Shown: positions 16,636 through 24,938, counted from the stretch's first letter. The stretch: DNA of 26,171 nt from a virus (IMGVR_UViG_3300010398_000038:1-26171), one strand, 5' to 3'. Notes: generated by a model not told the origin, from the sequence alone. Made by a program: numbers and translations.

Positions 16636-17065
16636 GAGACGCAGCAGACCATCGTGCGTAGGTGAATGCCTTGGTGATTACCTGCGCGATCTTGACGCGC
16701 TCTAACCGCTCCCTTTCCGCGTCTTGCTTTGTTAGCCATGAAGCAAGCACATCGTCAGGGCTAGGCGGTTTTGGTTTGAAAGAGATACGCGGAAAGTTTT
16801 CGCGGAACTCTATCTTGCCCAGCAGTAGTAGGAGCATCGCCCTTGTGCTCGGCGTATCGTGAAACCATTCGCCCGTCGCACGGTGCTGTGCCAGGGCAGC
16901 AAGAATACGACGTTCCTCGCTGCCCCGTCCTTTGAAATAGCCGATCAGGATGACGGCGCATCGCCGTTCATTGCACAACGCCCGACGCCTCACGCGGGGA
17001 TGCTTTGAGCGACCGATTTTGATAAATCCATCGGCCGATTGCATCACGTAAAGATGGTCTTTCAT
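16598..17065 (-). CDS. GIY-YIG/T5orf172 (MUG113-like) nuclease-domain protein
   Basis: 'LYVMQ...IKIGRS..P..R...L...E...HRATGEWF'; start reassigned to ATG 17065. Confidence 0.78.
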   Translation of the reverse strand: MKDHLYVMQSADGFIKIGRSKHPRVRRRALCNERRCAVILIGYFKGRGSEERRILAALAQHRATGEWFHDTPSTRAMLLLLLGKIEFRENFPRISFKPKPPSPDDVLASWLTKQDAERERLERVKIAQVITKAFTYARWSAASLNPSRSGISDRA

Positions 17066-17100
17066 CGCACTCGCGCGCCAAGGGATATAGCGGGAACACT

Positions 17101-17285
17101 TCCCCACATTCTCCCCACGTTTTCCCCACAACGAGGGGCATTTTGAGGCCTGTTGTTCCTGTTTCTGTCTTTGTAAGTCATTGAAGTTATTGATTATAGG
17201 TGGCCCGGAGATGCCCAATTACGGGTGTGTCTTTCATGCTCTGTCAATAGCTTACGAAGCTCTCCCCACGATTTTAGCGTGGGGA
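17101..17285. other. Putative attP: arm-type repeats, IHF-like sites and a core
   Basis: TCCCCAC at 17101, 17112 and 17123 (11-bp period) and 17263, inverted at 17279-17285; TAAGTCATTGA and TCAATAGCTTA IHF-like sites; AT-rich; at the 3' end of int. Confidence 0.75.
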
Positions 17286-18250
17286 AGCTTGACGCGGTTG
17301 ATCGCGCCGCGAACCATCTCGACATCGGCTTTCTGATATCTGAGCGACATCATCGGAGTCGTATGACCCAAGGTCTGCATGATCGCCTTCAAGGGTTCGC
17401 GGTTGAGAGCCATCATCGTTCCCAGCGTGTGCCTCGCCATATGGGCGGTGAAATAGATGCCGGTCCTCGCGTTTAGCTTTTGCAGCGCGCGATAGAACTG
17501 GGAATAGTTGGTGTAGGGAAACACCTTGCCGTCGCCCTTGGGTCCTAAGAGGGCGATGAAGTCGTCGTGGATCGCGAAGGTTTCCCATCGCTCGCCCTTG
17601 GCGTTGAACAGCCTGAAGGTGAACCGCTTGAGGTCGATCTGATCCCAGGTCAGATCCAAGGTCTTGCGGATGCGCGTGCCGTGCAGGAAGAGAAATTTCA
17701 ACAGCCGGTACATTTGGGGATCGGCGGCGGAAATCACCTCGGCGGCCGTGTCGGCATCGAGTGCGCGCGGTTGCGGCTCCGGTTCCTTGAATGTCTTGAC
17801 CCGTATCCAGTGGTCCCACAGTTCAGCGTGATAGGCATAGTGCAGCACGCTGATGATCGGGCGCATGATATTGCGGTTGCGCGACTGTGGTTCTAGCCGG
17901 GCGCCGATCTCGTTGGCGACGGCATGAATGTCGGTTCCCTTGATCTCCCGGAAATTGCGCTGGCCGATGACCGCAATCACCCTCTCAAGCCGTCGCCGAT
18001 CCTCGCGAGTGGGGTTGCGGAACTCGATATAGCGTCGCGCCAGTTGCTCAAAGGTTATGATTCCTCGGGAGCCGATGGCCTGCGCGACGGCTCGTTGGAT
18101 GTCCGCTTCCAGTTCTTTCTTACGTCGCTCAGCAGCCTTTTGGTCTGTCGTGTCCGTGCTGATCTCGTAAAGCTGCCCGGCAATGCGACCACGTGCGAGG
18201 AAGAACTTATTGCCCTTGCGTTGACCCGGAGCGATGAGGTGGAGCGGCAT
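17252..18250 (-). CDS. int: Tyrosine integrase
   Basis: Catalytic R (HGTRI), HxxR (HMARHT), LGH and Y (SLRY). Confidence 0.93.
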   Translation of the reverse strand: MPLHLIAPGQRKGNKFFLARGRIAGQLYEISTDTTDQKAAERRKKELEADIQRAVAQAIGSRGIITFEQLARRYIEFRNPTREDRRRLERVIAVIGQRNFREIKGTDIHAVANEIGARLEPQSRNRNIMRPIISVLHYAYHAELWDHWIRVKTFKEPEPQPRALDADTAAEVISAADPQMYRLLKFLFLHGTRIRKTLDLTWDQIDLKRFTFRLFNAKGERWETFAIHDDFIALLGPKGDGKVFPYTNYSQFYRALQKLNARTGIYFTAHMARHTLGTMMALNREPLKAIMQTLGHTTPMMSLRYQKADVEMVRGAINRVKLPHAKIVGRAS

Positions 18251-18435
18251 CGTGTCGCCTCGATGAGTTGCAAGAGGTCAGCCTCGGTCAACATAACCGC
18301 ACGTCCGGGCCGCGGCAAAACGAGACCCGCTTCGCTGATCCGGCGCTTGACGGTGCGCGTCGTAACGCCCAAGCGATGAGCTGCTTCGCTGAGCGACATG
18401 AGATTGATGCGTCGGCGATCGGGGGAATCGCTCAT
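18055..18435 (-). CDS. xis: Excisionase-like HTH protein overlapping the int 5' end
   Basis: 'SLSEAAHRLGVTTRTVKR' HTH; GAGAGG SD; directly upstream of int. Confidence 0.72.
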   Translation of the reverse strand: MSDSPDRRRINLMSLSEAAHRLGVTTRTVKRRISEAGLVLPRPGRAVMLTEADLLQLIEATRCRSTSSLRVNARAISSSSHVVALPGSFTRSARTRQTKRLLSDVRKNWKRTSNEPSRRPSAPEES

Positions 18436-18443
18436 GGAACCTC

Positions 18444-18761
18444 TCATCGTGTCGTGTAACACCGTGCGTGGTGGTGCGGGCAATAGACCGAGCCGGGCTC
18501 GGTGCGCGCGTTGCACCATTGCGGCAGGCGCCGCTTCCATGGCCCGTCATCGATAATGTAGCGGCACTCGTTCTGCGCCGGGACGCCGGGTGCTTCTGTC
18601 ACCGGCGGCCGCGGCGCCGGCGTGGTGTAGATGCCGTGGCGGATCCGCGCGCCGGCGACGGCGTTCTTGCTGACGCCAAAGGCATCGGCGATGCGCGACA
18701 TCGGGATGCCGAGCGCGGAGAGCTCGCGCAGCCTGGTGATCGCGGGCTCGTCCCAGGTCAT
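18444..18761 (-). CDS. gcrA: GcrA-like cell-cycle regulator (compact, 105 aa)
   Basis: 'MTW......LREL...G.....IA...GVSKNAVAG...R' and 'ECRY...WC......GSVYCPHH'. Confidence 0.85.
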   Translation of the reverse strand: MTWDEPAITRLRELSALGIPMSRIADAFGVSKNAVAGARIRHGIYTTPAPRPPVTEAPGVPAQNECRYIIDDGPWKRRLPQWCNARTEPGSVYCPHHHARCYTTR

Positions 18762-18842
18762 GTGCCAAGTGGGTCAATTTGTGGGTCGGCGCGGCACATC
18801 ATTCGGCTAATCCTCCGTCCTGCGCGGATGTCCTCTCCTCAC

Positions 18843-19412
18843 TCATAGCAATGAAATCAACAGGTCACGAAAAGCGGGCGGTGTCCGTCTGCGCTCAGAC
18901 CGGCCCATGTTGCCAATCATCCCGACGCGTCTGGCGTGATCGTATCCGTAGGTTTCAAGCTGATGCCGAGGCAAGCGCTGCGGGGACGGCCCCCAGATGA
19001 GCGGCGGCGGCATATCGGGCCGCACCAGAAGCAGCCACGTCGCCTTGCGCGCTCTGTGTCCGTAGTGCCCTTGCTCGACCTGGCATGTCCAGCCTTCAGC
19101 GGTGATGAGCCAGCCGCCCGCAGGATCGGGATGGGGTATGCGGAAGTGCTTCCATGCCAGTGAATTTGCCGGATGCTCGATAATGCCCCCGTACTTGCGA
19201 ACCGCTGTAAGGGCGGCAGCGAAGCATTCCTTATCGTCACCAGGGAGGTTGTCGTTTGCCGTGGCATAGCGGCCCCAGCGTTCGCACGGCGGATGCGCAA
19301 TCACCGGCCAAGGGCCAGCGTAAAGCCGCGCATCACGCGCCTCGTCCCAGAGGTCGATATTGTCCAGACCGGCATAGCATCCGCGTGGGTCGCAAAAGAG
19401 CGCGGCGATCAT
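18843..19412 (-). CDS. Compact C5-cytosine methyltransferase-like protein (start uncertain)
   Basis: 'AALF..G', 'IAHPPC', 'IEHP', 'Q..YGH...KAT', 'RRRTP..F' resemble MTase motifs I, IV, VI, VIII and X. Confidence 0.55.
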   Translation of the reverse strand: MIAALFCDPRGCYAGLDNIDLWDEARDARLYAGPWPVIAHPPCERWGRYATANDNLPGDDKECFAAALTAVRKYGGIIEHPANSLAWKHFRIPHPDPAGGWLITAEGWTCQVEQGHYGHRARKATWLLLVRPDMPPPLIWGPSPQRLPRHQLETYGYDHARRVGMIGNMGRSERRRTPPAFRDLLISLL

Positions 19413-19498
19413 GGGTGAGGATGGCGTATCCTTCACGAATCGTGTTCTCTCAGTGTTTTGCATCCGGGTCGTCATCCTACCCACAAATTCACCCACGT

Positions 19499-19933
19499 TT
19501 ATGCCGCGATCCTCGTACCTGTGTGCGCCAGCAGCTCGTCGATCGAGCAGCCGCCCATCACCTCGTCGCAGATCACCCGGAACGCCGCATCGTAAAACGC
19601 CTGCGCCTCGTCCTGCGTCATTGCGTCGAACGCGGTCGACTCGGGCACCAGCACCCGGCGCCCGTCGATGAGGCGCACGATGTCGACATGCCCGGTCGCG
19701 ACCTTGAGCGCCAGGTGCAGCTCTTCCGCGGTCCGCCATCTGCCCGTCGCCTCGACGACCTTCTCGAGCACGCTCCAGTACATCGCTAGCTGCGCGTGGC
19801 TGCGGCTGCGCATGATGCGCACCGCGACGGCGCTGCGCTGCGGGATGTGCGAGAGCATCTCGCCCGCTCTGCCGTCCGCCGGCCACAGCGCACCGCCGAT
19901 CCGGCGGCAGAGAATGATCGATGGCCGCATCAC
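19499..19933 (-). CDS. DUF1367/NinB-like protein
   Basis: 'RS..Q...YW', 'LK..TG', 'P.S.AFDAMTQDE...FY'. Confidence 0.7.
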   Translation of the reverse strand: MMRPSIILCRRIGGALWPADGRAGEMLSHIPQRSAVAVRIMRSRSHAQLAMYWSVLEKVVEATGRWRTAEELHLALKVATGHVDIVRLIDGRRVLVPESTAFDAMTQDEAQAFYDAAFRVICDEVMGGCSIDELLAHTGTRIAA

Positions 19934-20091
19934 TCCTCAGGGTTATGGTTGGCGTGGAGGCGCACCACCTGGACACGGCGCCGCTCCAGTTCGCGCAGCA
20001 CCTCCTCGGCGATCGCCTGGCTCATCTCGCGCACGCGGCGCTCGACCTCGCGCTCGATCAGCCAGCGCAAGAGCTCGCCTTCGTCGGTCAT
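19930..20091 (-). CDS. Small helical hypothetical protein (53 aa, MTDEGELL...)
   Basis: ATGA overlaps at both ends. Confidence 0.55.
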   Translation of the reverse strand: MTDEGELLRWLIEREVERRVREMSQAIAEEVLRELERRRVQVVRLHANHNPEE

Positions 20092-20816
20092 TGCGCCGCC
20101 GGCATAAAGTCGGCCGGGAACTTCTCCCGCATCGCTTTGATATTGGCAGCAATGCGCTCGTAAATCTTCGGCACGTCGGCTTCCGCGTTCTTTAGCCCGG
20201 CGGCATTGGCCGCAACCCACGCCTCGCCCTCGGCGAGGCTCGTCGCATGCTGCACCATCGCCACCAATTGCCCACCCCAGCCGATCCAGTCGGGCTTGGT
20301 GCCGGCCATCATCACCGGGAGCGCGCGCGGCCCCGCTTCCCCGGTCTCTGGGTCGTAGACCGGCGCCTTGGGCAGCGGCCCGGTCTTTGGCCGGTTGCCG
20401 TTGGAGGCAACCGGCTTGCGATCGTGCACGGTCACCGGATTGCCCTCGGCGGCGTTGTTGTCGTCGTCGTCCTCGGGCGCCAATCCGAGCAGCGAGCAGA
20501 TGCCGTAACGCCGTGCGAAGGTGCCGCCGCCTGCGTGCTTCTGCGCGCCGCGCTCGGTGACGATCATCGGCCAGTGGTTCTCCAGGAACGCCTCGCCGTG
20601 ATAGACGCGGGTGCGCACGCATTCGCGCTCCTCATGGGTGACGATGTCCTGGGTGAGGAAGAGGCCGTATTTGCCCAATGCCGGGCGCACCGCCGCCAGC
20701 ACCTCGTCGAGCGGGGCATAGGCAAAGGTGTAGGCGCCGCGCACCTCCTTGGTGCGTTTGGGTGTGGTGAACTCGGCCTGCGCCTTGGCAAGCTGGGTGA
20801 AAAGGTTTTCGGTCAT
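20088..20816 (-). CDS. erf: ERF-family single-strand annealing protein
   Basis: 'LAKAQAEF', 'YAPLDEV...VRPAL.KYGL', 'TFARRY...LLGLAPEDDDD'. Confidence 0.88.
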   Translation of the reverse strand: MTENLFTQLAKAQAEFTTPKRTKEVRGAYTFAYAPLDEVLAAVRPALGKYGLFLTQDIVTHEERECVRTRVYHGEAFLENHWPMIVTERGAQKHAGGGTFARRYGICSLLGLAPEDDDDNNAAEGNPVTVHDRKPVASNGNRPKTGPLPKAPVYDPETGEAGPRALPVMMAGTKPDWIGWGGQLVAMVQHATSLAEGEAWVAANAAGLKNAEADVPKIYERIAANIKAMREKFPADFMPAAQ

Positions 20817-21610
20817 CAATGTGCTCCTTCTCTGATCGTGAGCGCGCCGGCGCGGCTGCGGCTGACGAGGACGCCGTGCCCGAAGGCCTTTGCGACATCC
20901 TCCTCGACCATGCCTTTGAGGGCCTTTGCCGCCTCGGCATTGGTCTTGGCCGCGTCCCGGGTGACGAGCCAGCCATGGGCGAAGGTCGCCCACTCGTTCG
21001 AGCCTTGCATGTTCACTGAGCGCACCGCCGGCACCGGCACCTTGGCCGCGGGAATGGCGCAGGGCGGCTGCAGGCTTTCGACCCGCTGCCAGAACCAGTC
21101 GATGCGCGACCACACCTCGCCCTCGTAGGCGTCGTCCCAGCCGACCTCGTATTCCTTCGGCTCGTCGCCGCCATGCACCACCAGCAAGGCCGCGCGGCGG
21201 GCCTGGGTGCAGGCGCGCTGCACCACGAGCTGGCCCGGGTAGTAATCGATCACGTCCTCGAGCTTCCGCCAGCGCCCCGGCGCCTTGCAGTCGATGACGC
21301 TGTCGTCGTCGGTGCGGTAGGCGTCGAGCGTCGAGCCGACATGCGGCAGCCCGGGATGCGGGACCCAGAGACCGCGGTGAGTGAGCGCCTGGCCGGTTTT
21401 CATCTGGTGCCAGTCGAGTGCGAAGGCTTCGATGTAGTTGCCGAACTGCACCGGCCACACGCCCGAGAGATCCTCGGCGACATAGTCCGGATGCTCGACG
21501 ATGCGCATCCACTCGGAGAGGATCTTTACCTCGTCGCCCGCCATCAGCGCCGGGATAAAGGAGGCGGTGATGCGGCCTTCGCGCAGCTTCTGCTGCTCAG
21601 GGGTTAACAT
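20816..21610 (-). CDS. YqaJ-like / lambda-exonuclease-family recombination nuclease
   Basis: 'R.GRITAS', 'G..IE', 'STLDA', 'DCK', 'Y..Q...Q'; adjacent to ERF. Confidence 0.82.
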   Translation of the reverse strand: MLTPEQQKLREGRITASFIPALMAGDEVKILSEWMRIVEHPDYVAEDLSGVWPVQFGNYIEAFALDWHQMKTGQALTHRGLWVPHPGLPHVGSTLDAYRTDDDSVIDCKAPGRWRKLEDVIDYYPGQLVVQRACTQARRAALLVVHGGDEPKEYEVGWDDAYEGEVWSRIDWFWQRVESLQPPCAIPAAKVPVPAVRSVNMQGSNEWATFAHGWLVTRDAAKTNAEAAKALKGMVEEDVAKAFGHGVLVSRSRAGALTIREGAH

Positions 21611-21777
21611 TCTTCGATCTCCTCAAGCAGCTGGTCGGCCTTGTCCTCGAGGCGGATCAGCATCTTTTCGGCATAGGCGAGGGCGAGCGGATGCGGGGCA
21701 TGCGCCGCCGCCGCCCTCCAGAAAATGATCGCGTCCGCGACCTCCTCGAATTCGGCGAGCAGTGGATCGGTCCTCAT
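21604..21777 (-). CDS. Small early hypothetical protein (57 aa, MRTDPLLAEFEEVADAIIFW...)
   Basis: Translated by hand; high-GC3 codons; overlaps the start of the exonuclease gene. Confidence 0.55.
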   Translation of the reverse strand: MRTDPLLAEFEEVADAIIFWRAAAAHAPHPLALAYAEKMLIRLEDKADQLLEEIEEC

Positions 21778-21964
21778 GGCCGCCCGCCCGCTGCGGCCAG
21801 TGCCGAATCGTGGTTAATAAATTTGCAAGCCAAACGTAAGCACGCTCTTGACGTGCATGGTTCCCCTTTTGTTTGATGGGGGGCGAGCTCGCGTAGCACG
21901 TTCCAATCGGACAGGGAGGTGTTGGTGTGGGGCATCCGAAAAATCCAAACAATCGACCCCATGT

Positions 21965-21988
21965 GCTTACAACAGGTAAGCGACTTAC
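21965..21988. promoter_or_regulatory. Candidate leftward operator GCTTAC-N5-GTAAGC
   Basis: Perfect palindrome 21965-21981 overlapping GTAAG-CGA-CTTAC; the same motif recurs at 22486. Confidence 0.6.
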
Positions 21989-22052
21989 GCAAGCAGAAAA
22001 GTTTCCTCAGGGAAGCAGGACGCTTACACCGAGCGGTGCAGACCCGGAACGG

Positions 22053-22409
22053 CTACGTTGGCTCGGACTCCAGCTCGATCTCGTTTCGAGCCTTGACGGC
22101 CTCGGCGATGAACTCCGCAAGGCGCTGTTGCTGGAGGATGCTCATGCGCCGGAACGCGAGGATCAGCTGCACTTCGCGTTCGACTGAGATTGTCAGGACG
22201 CGTCCCATTCCGGCGCTGGTGCCCTGAAGGTATTCCATTGATACGCCGCACAGACCGGCGATTTTAGCGAGGTTGTCGCGCCCCGGTTTCTTTTTGTGGC
22301 TTTCCCATTGGCCGACCAGGCCACGGCTCACGCCGAGCGCTGTCGCAAAGACTTGTTGCGACGTATATCCCGCTGCGATGCGGGCGCGGGCGATGCGGTT
22401 GCCGATCAT
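22053..22409 (-). CDS. cI: CI-like XRE/HTH repressor with no S24 peptidase domain (118 aa)
   Basis: 'IARARIAAGYTSQQVFATALGVSRGLVGQWES...P'; divergent from cro. Confidence 0.85.
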   Translation of the reverse strand: MIGNRIARARIAAGYTSQQVFATALGVSRGLVGQWESHKKKPGRDNLAKIAGLCGVSMEYLQGTSAGMGRVLTISVEREVQLILAFRRMSILQQQRLAEFIAEAVKARNEIELESEPT

Positions 22410-22449
22410 CGTCACTCGTCGAAGCTTACCGACAACACGTATTTTTTTG

Positions 22450-22502
22450 GGTAAGCGATTGCCTACCAGCTTGCTTGCCATGCGTGCCTACTCGTGGTAA
22501 GC
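22450..22502. promoter_or_regulatory. Candidate rightward operators between cI and cro
   Basis: GGTAAGC-N4-GCCTACC (22450-22467) and GCCTAC-N5-GTAAGC (22486-22502). Confidence 0.6.
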
Positions 22503-22509
22503 GTTAGGC

Positions 22510-22779
22510 ATGGGCATTTTGATTGGCATGGATCGCATCCGCGCACATCCCGGCCTGCAAGCCGAGCTTGCCAGAGCCTTGGGGATCACCCGTGGTGCGG
22601 TTGCCAAATGGAAATCAATTCCTCCGTTGCGGGTGCTCGAGATCGAGAGGCTCACGGGCATTTCCAAGCACGATCTACGTCCCGACATCTACCCCCCTCC
22701 GTTGAGCGCCGCTGCTGACCATAAGTTAGCGCAAGATAGACAAAAGATAAAAGCCAATACATTGCCTGCGGCAGGCTGA
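22510..22779 (+). CDS. cro: Cro/YdaS-like HTH regulator (start may be 22528)
   Basis: 'QAELARALGITRGAVAKW..IP..RV..IE..TG.....LRPDIY'. Confidence 0.88.
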   Translation: MGILIGMDRIRAHPGLQAELARALGITRGAVAKWKSIPPLRVLEIERLTGISKHDLRPDIYPPPLSAAADHKLAQDRQKIKANTLPAAG

Positions 22780-22782
22780 CCC

Positions 22783-23253
22783 GTGACCGTCTATTTCCTG
22801 CGCGCGGGCGACACGGACATGATCAAGATCGGCTGGACAAACGGTCTCGTTGAACACCGCGTCGCTATGATGCAGCCCGGATGCTGGGAAACTTTGCAGA
22901 TAATCCGTGCGGTTGCTGGTAATCGCGCGGTCGAGAGCTGGCTCCATAAGCGTTTCGCGCATTGCCGGATTGAGCGCGAATGGTTCCGCTTTGACGCTGA
23001 TATGCTGACGGTCAAGCCTCAGGTAATGGACCCCGGAAGAGAGATCAGCTGGCTCGATCGGCTGAAAACCCAGCCCTGCCTTGCTTACGTCGTGAGAGCG
23101 CTTTGCATACCTGAGCGAAGCATTGCGCGATGGGCACAAGTGCCGGAGGAGTATCTCGACGAGGTGTGTCGGCTCACGCGTACCGGGAAATGGTTTTACC
23201 GTCCTGACCTCTTTGCGGTGCCTTGGCGGAAGCCGAGACGCGGGACTCTCTGA
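22783..23253 (+). CDS. GIY-YIG/T5orf172 domain fused to a C-terminal Cro-like domain
   Basis: 'VYFL......IKIGWT....R...Q...E..LHKRF..CRIEREWF'; C-term aligns by eye with the adjacent Cro. Confidence 0.78.
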   Translation: MTVYFLRAGDTDMIKIGWTNGLVEHRVAMMQPGCWETLQIIRAVAGNRAVESWLHKRFAHCRIEREWFRFDADMLTVKPQVMDPGREISWLDRLKTQPCLAYVVRALCIPERSIARWAQVPEEYLDEVCRLTRTGKWFYRPDLFAVPWRKPRRGTL

Positions 23254-23396
23254 GGTGCGGGGCGTGGTCAATGCCCTCGTGCTCATGCTGGGCCTCTATG
23301 CGCTGACCTGGTGGCTGGTTTGTGTGCCGCACACCAGGTGCGATCCCTTGAATGCGCTGCCGTGGCTCAATTGTCGCGAATTGGGGGGACGTGGTT

Positions 23397-23540
23397 ATGC
23401 CTCTGCACACGCTGCAGCTCGGCCGGGTGCGCTCGCGGCAGAGCCGCATGCGCCGGGCCGGGCTGCCGCCCGTTGAGTATTTTGTCGGTGGTGTCCTAGG
23501 CGCGCTCGCAGCGCTCCTCGTCATCCGGTGGCTCGCATGA
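23397..23540 (+). CDS. Small membrane peptide (47 aa)
   Basis: C-terminal TM; ATGA overlap with the next gene. Confidence 0.45.
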   Translation: MPLHTLQLGRVRSRQSRMRRAGLPPVEYFVGGVLGALAALLVIRWLA

Positions 23541-23755
23541 GGAAGCCTGATCTGTCACGGCTGGTGTCGCTCGATCTGTCACCGAGCGAGGCGGCGGTGC
23601 TGGTCGGGCTGCTCGAGGGGCTCCTGGTGCTGCGCGGCAAGGTGCTTGGTGCGCAGGAACTGGCGCTGGTCAACGGTGCGATCGGCCATCTGCGGCTGCA
23701 GCTGCACCAGCTTGCCTGGCCCGAAGGGCAAAACCGCGCACCCTTCCCGGTGTGA
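23537..23755 (+). CDS. Hypothetical Leu-rich protein (72 aa)
   Basis: ATGA overlap; high-GC3 codons. Confidence 0.6.
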   Translation: MRKPDLSRLVSLDLSPSEAAVLVGLLEGLLVLRGKVLGAQELALVNGAIGHLRLQLHQLAWPEGQNRAPFPV

Positions 23756-23756
23756 G

Positions 23757-24176
23757 ATGGCAAAGGGACGCGCTGCTACCTTCAGGCTGACCGCGCCGAT
23801 CTTGCGCGAACCTATCATACATAAACAAATCGCCGATACGTTGCGCCTCGAGCTGTGCCCGCCGGGGCGCATTTCACGCGATGGCGTCACCTGGTGGTCG
23901 GTCGACATGGCGGCCTATGCCGGCACGGTGCCGGGCATCCGCACGGCACGCGGCTGCATCGCCGGGGTGCCCGACATGGTCATCCTTTACCGCAGCGCCG
24001 CATATTTTCTCGAATTGAAGGCCGATGACGGCAGCCTCTCGCCCGGGCAGCAGGTGGTCGGCATCGCCATCCTCCTGGCGGGGGCGCGCTACGCGATCGC
24101 GCGCAGCCCGCTCGAGGCGGTGCAGCACCTTGACGCATGGGAGATCCCGCGGGCGCACCGCATTCGGGGGCTATGA
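23757..24176 (+). CDS. VRR-NUC domain nuclease (Holliday junction resolvase-like)
   Basis: 'AGVPDMVIL...FLELK...G.LS..Q' PD-(D/E)xK signature. Confidence 0.85.
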   Translation: MAKGRAATFRLTAPILREPIIHKQIADTLRLELCPPGRISRDGVTWWSVDMAAYAGTVPGIRTARGCIAGVPDMVILYRSAAYFLELKADDGSLSPGQQVVGIAILLAGARYAIARSPLEAVQHLDAWEIPRAHRIRGL

Positions 24177-24179
24177 ATC

Positions 24180-24938
24180 GTGGCGCGTAAAATCCGCCGA
24201 ATTGACCTTTCGCCGGACGAATGGATCGCCGGAACGCAGGGCTTAACCCTTGAAGAAGAAGGATTCTATACGCGCATCATCATGCGCTATTACAGCCGTG
24301 GCGAAGCGCTTCCCGACGATGCTTTAGAGATTGCTAAAATATGTAATGTTAACAAGCAAGTAGCACGTCGCCTCCTGCCCAAACTCCTGTCAAAGTTCGA
24401 TCAAAGTGGCGGAAAACTCCTGTCAAACCGCTGCGAAACCGAGCTCAAACTGGCGTCAAAGCGTCTTGAAAGTGCCAGATTAAATGGGGCAAAAGGCGGT
24501 CGCCCCAAGGACTTAGCAAAACCGGGCGGTTCTGCGCGCGTTAAAGCTCACGCGCGCGTACCATCAACCATCAACCATCAAAGAGAGTCTTCTTCTTCAC
24601 TTCGTTCAGAAGAATCCTCCCGGCCTTCGGCCGGCGCGGGCAAAGCCCGCTCGGCTGCGCCGGATGTTTTTTTAGAAAAAGGGTTAAGGCTTCTCGGCCA
24701 CCGCAAAGGCGCGCTCCTGCGCCAGATGCGGGTGCGCCACGGCGAGGAGCGCGTCAGCAAAGCCCTTGATGCCGTCGAGCGCAAACACCCGGCCGAGCCG
24801 ATCGCTTTCTTCCTCGCCTGCTGCGAAGACCGCAAAGGCCCCGAACCCGGCCCGCTCGTGCTCGGTCGCCCGCCCCCCGACTACGGCCCGAAAACCCCGC
24901 CACCACGCCCCGAAGACCTCTGGCCCCGAGAGGAGTGA
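24180..24938 (+). CDS. DUF1376/YdaU-family replication initiator-like protein
   Basis: 'DEWIAGTQGLTLEEEGFY..I...YY.....LPDD', 'N.RC..E', 'NGAKGGRP'. Confidence 0.82.
   Translation: MARKIRRIDLSPDEWIAGTQGLTLEEEGFYTRIIMRYYSRGEALPDDALEIAKICNVNKQVARRLLPKLLSKFDQSGGKLLSNRCETELKLASKRLESARLNGAKGGRPKDLAKPGGSARVKAHARVPSTINHQRESSSSLRSEESSRPSAGAGKARSAAPDVFLEKGLRLLGHRKGALLRQMRVRHGEERVSKALDAVERKHPAEPIAFFLACCEDRKGPEPGPLVLGRPPPDYGPKTPPPRPEDLWPREE
24381..24479. repeat. Nine 11-bp units each starting AAA (origin/iteron candidate)
   Basis: AAA at 24381, 24392, 24403, 24414, 24425, 24436, 24447, 24458 and 24469; AAACTCCTGTCAAA occurs twice exactly. Confidence 0.75.

Noticed and set aside
17066-17218. N-terminal 51 aa of track ORF 16598..17218
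   Set aside because: Runs through the attP repeats; the nuclease domain begins at ATG 17065.
21814-21858. 14-codon minus-strand ORF MHVKSVLTFGLQIY with a strong AAAGGGG SD
   Set aside because: Too short to support. It could be a leader peptide or a decayed first early gene, but there is no further evidence.
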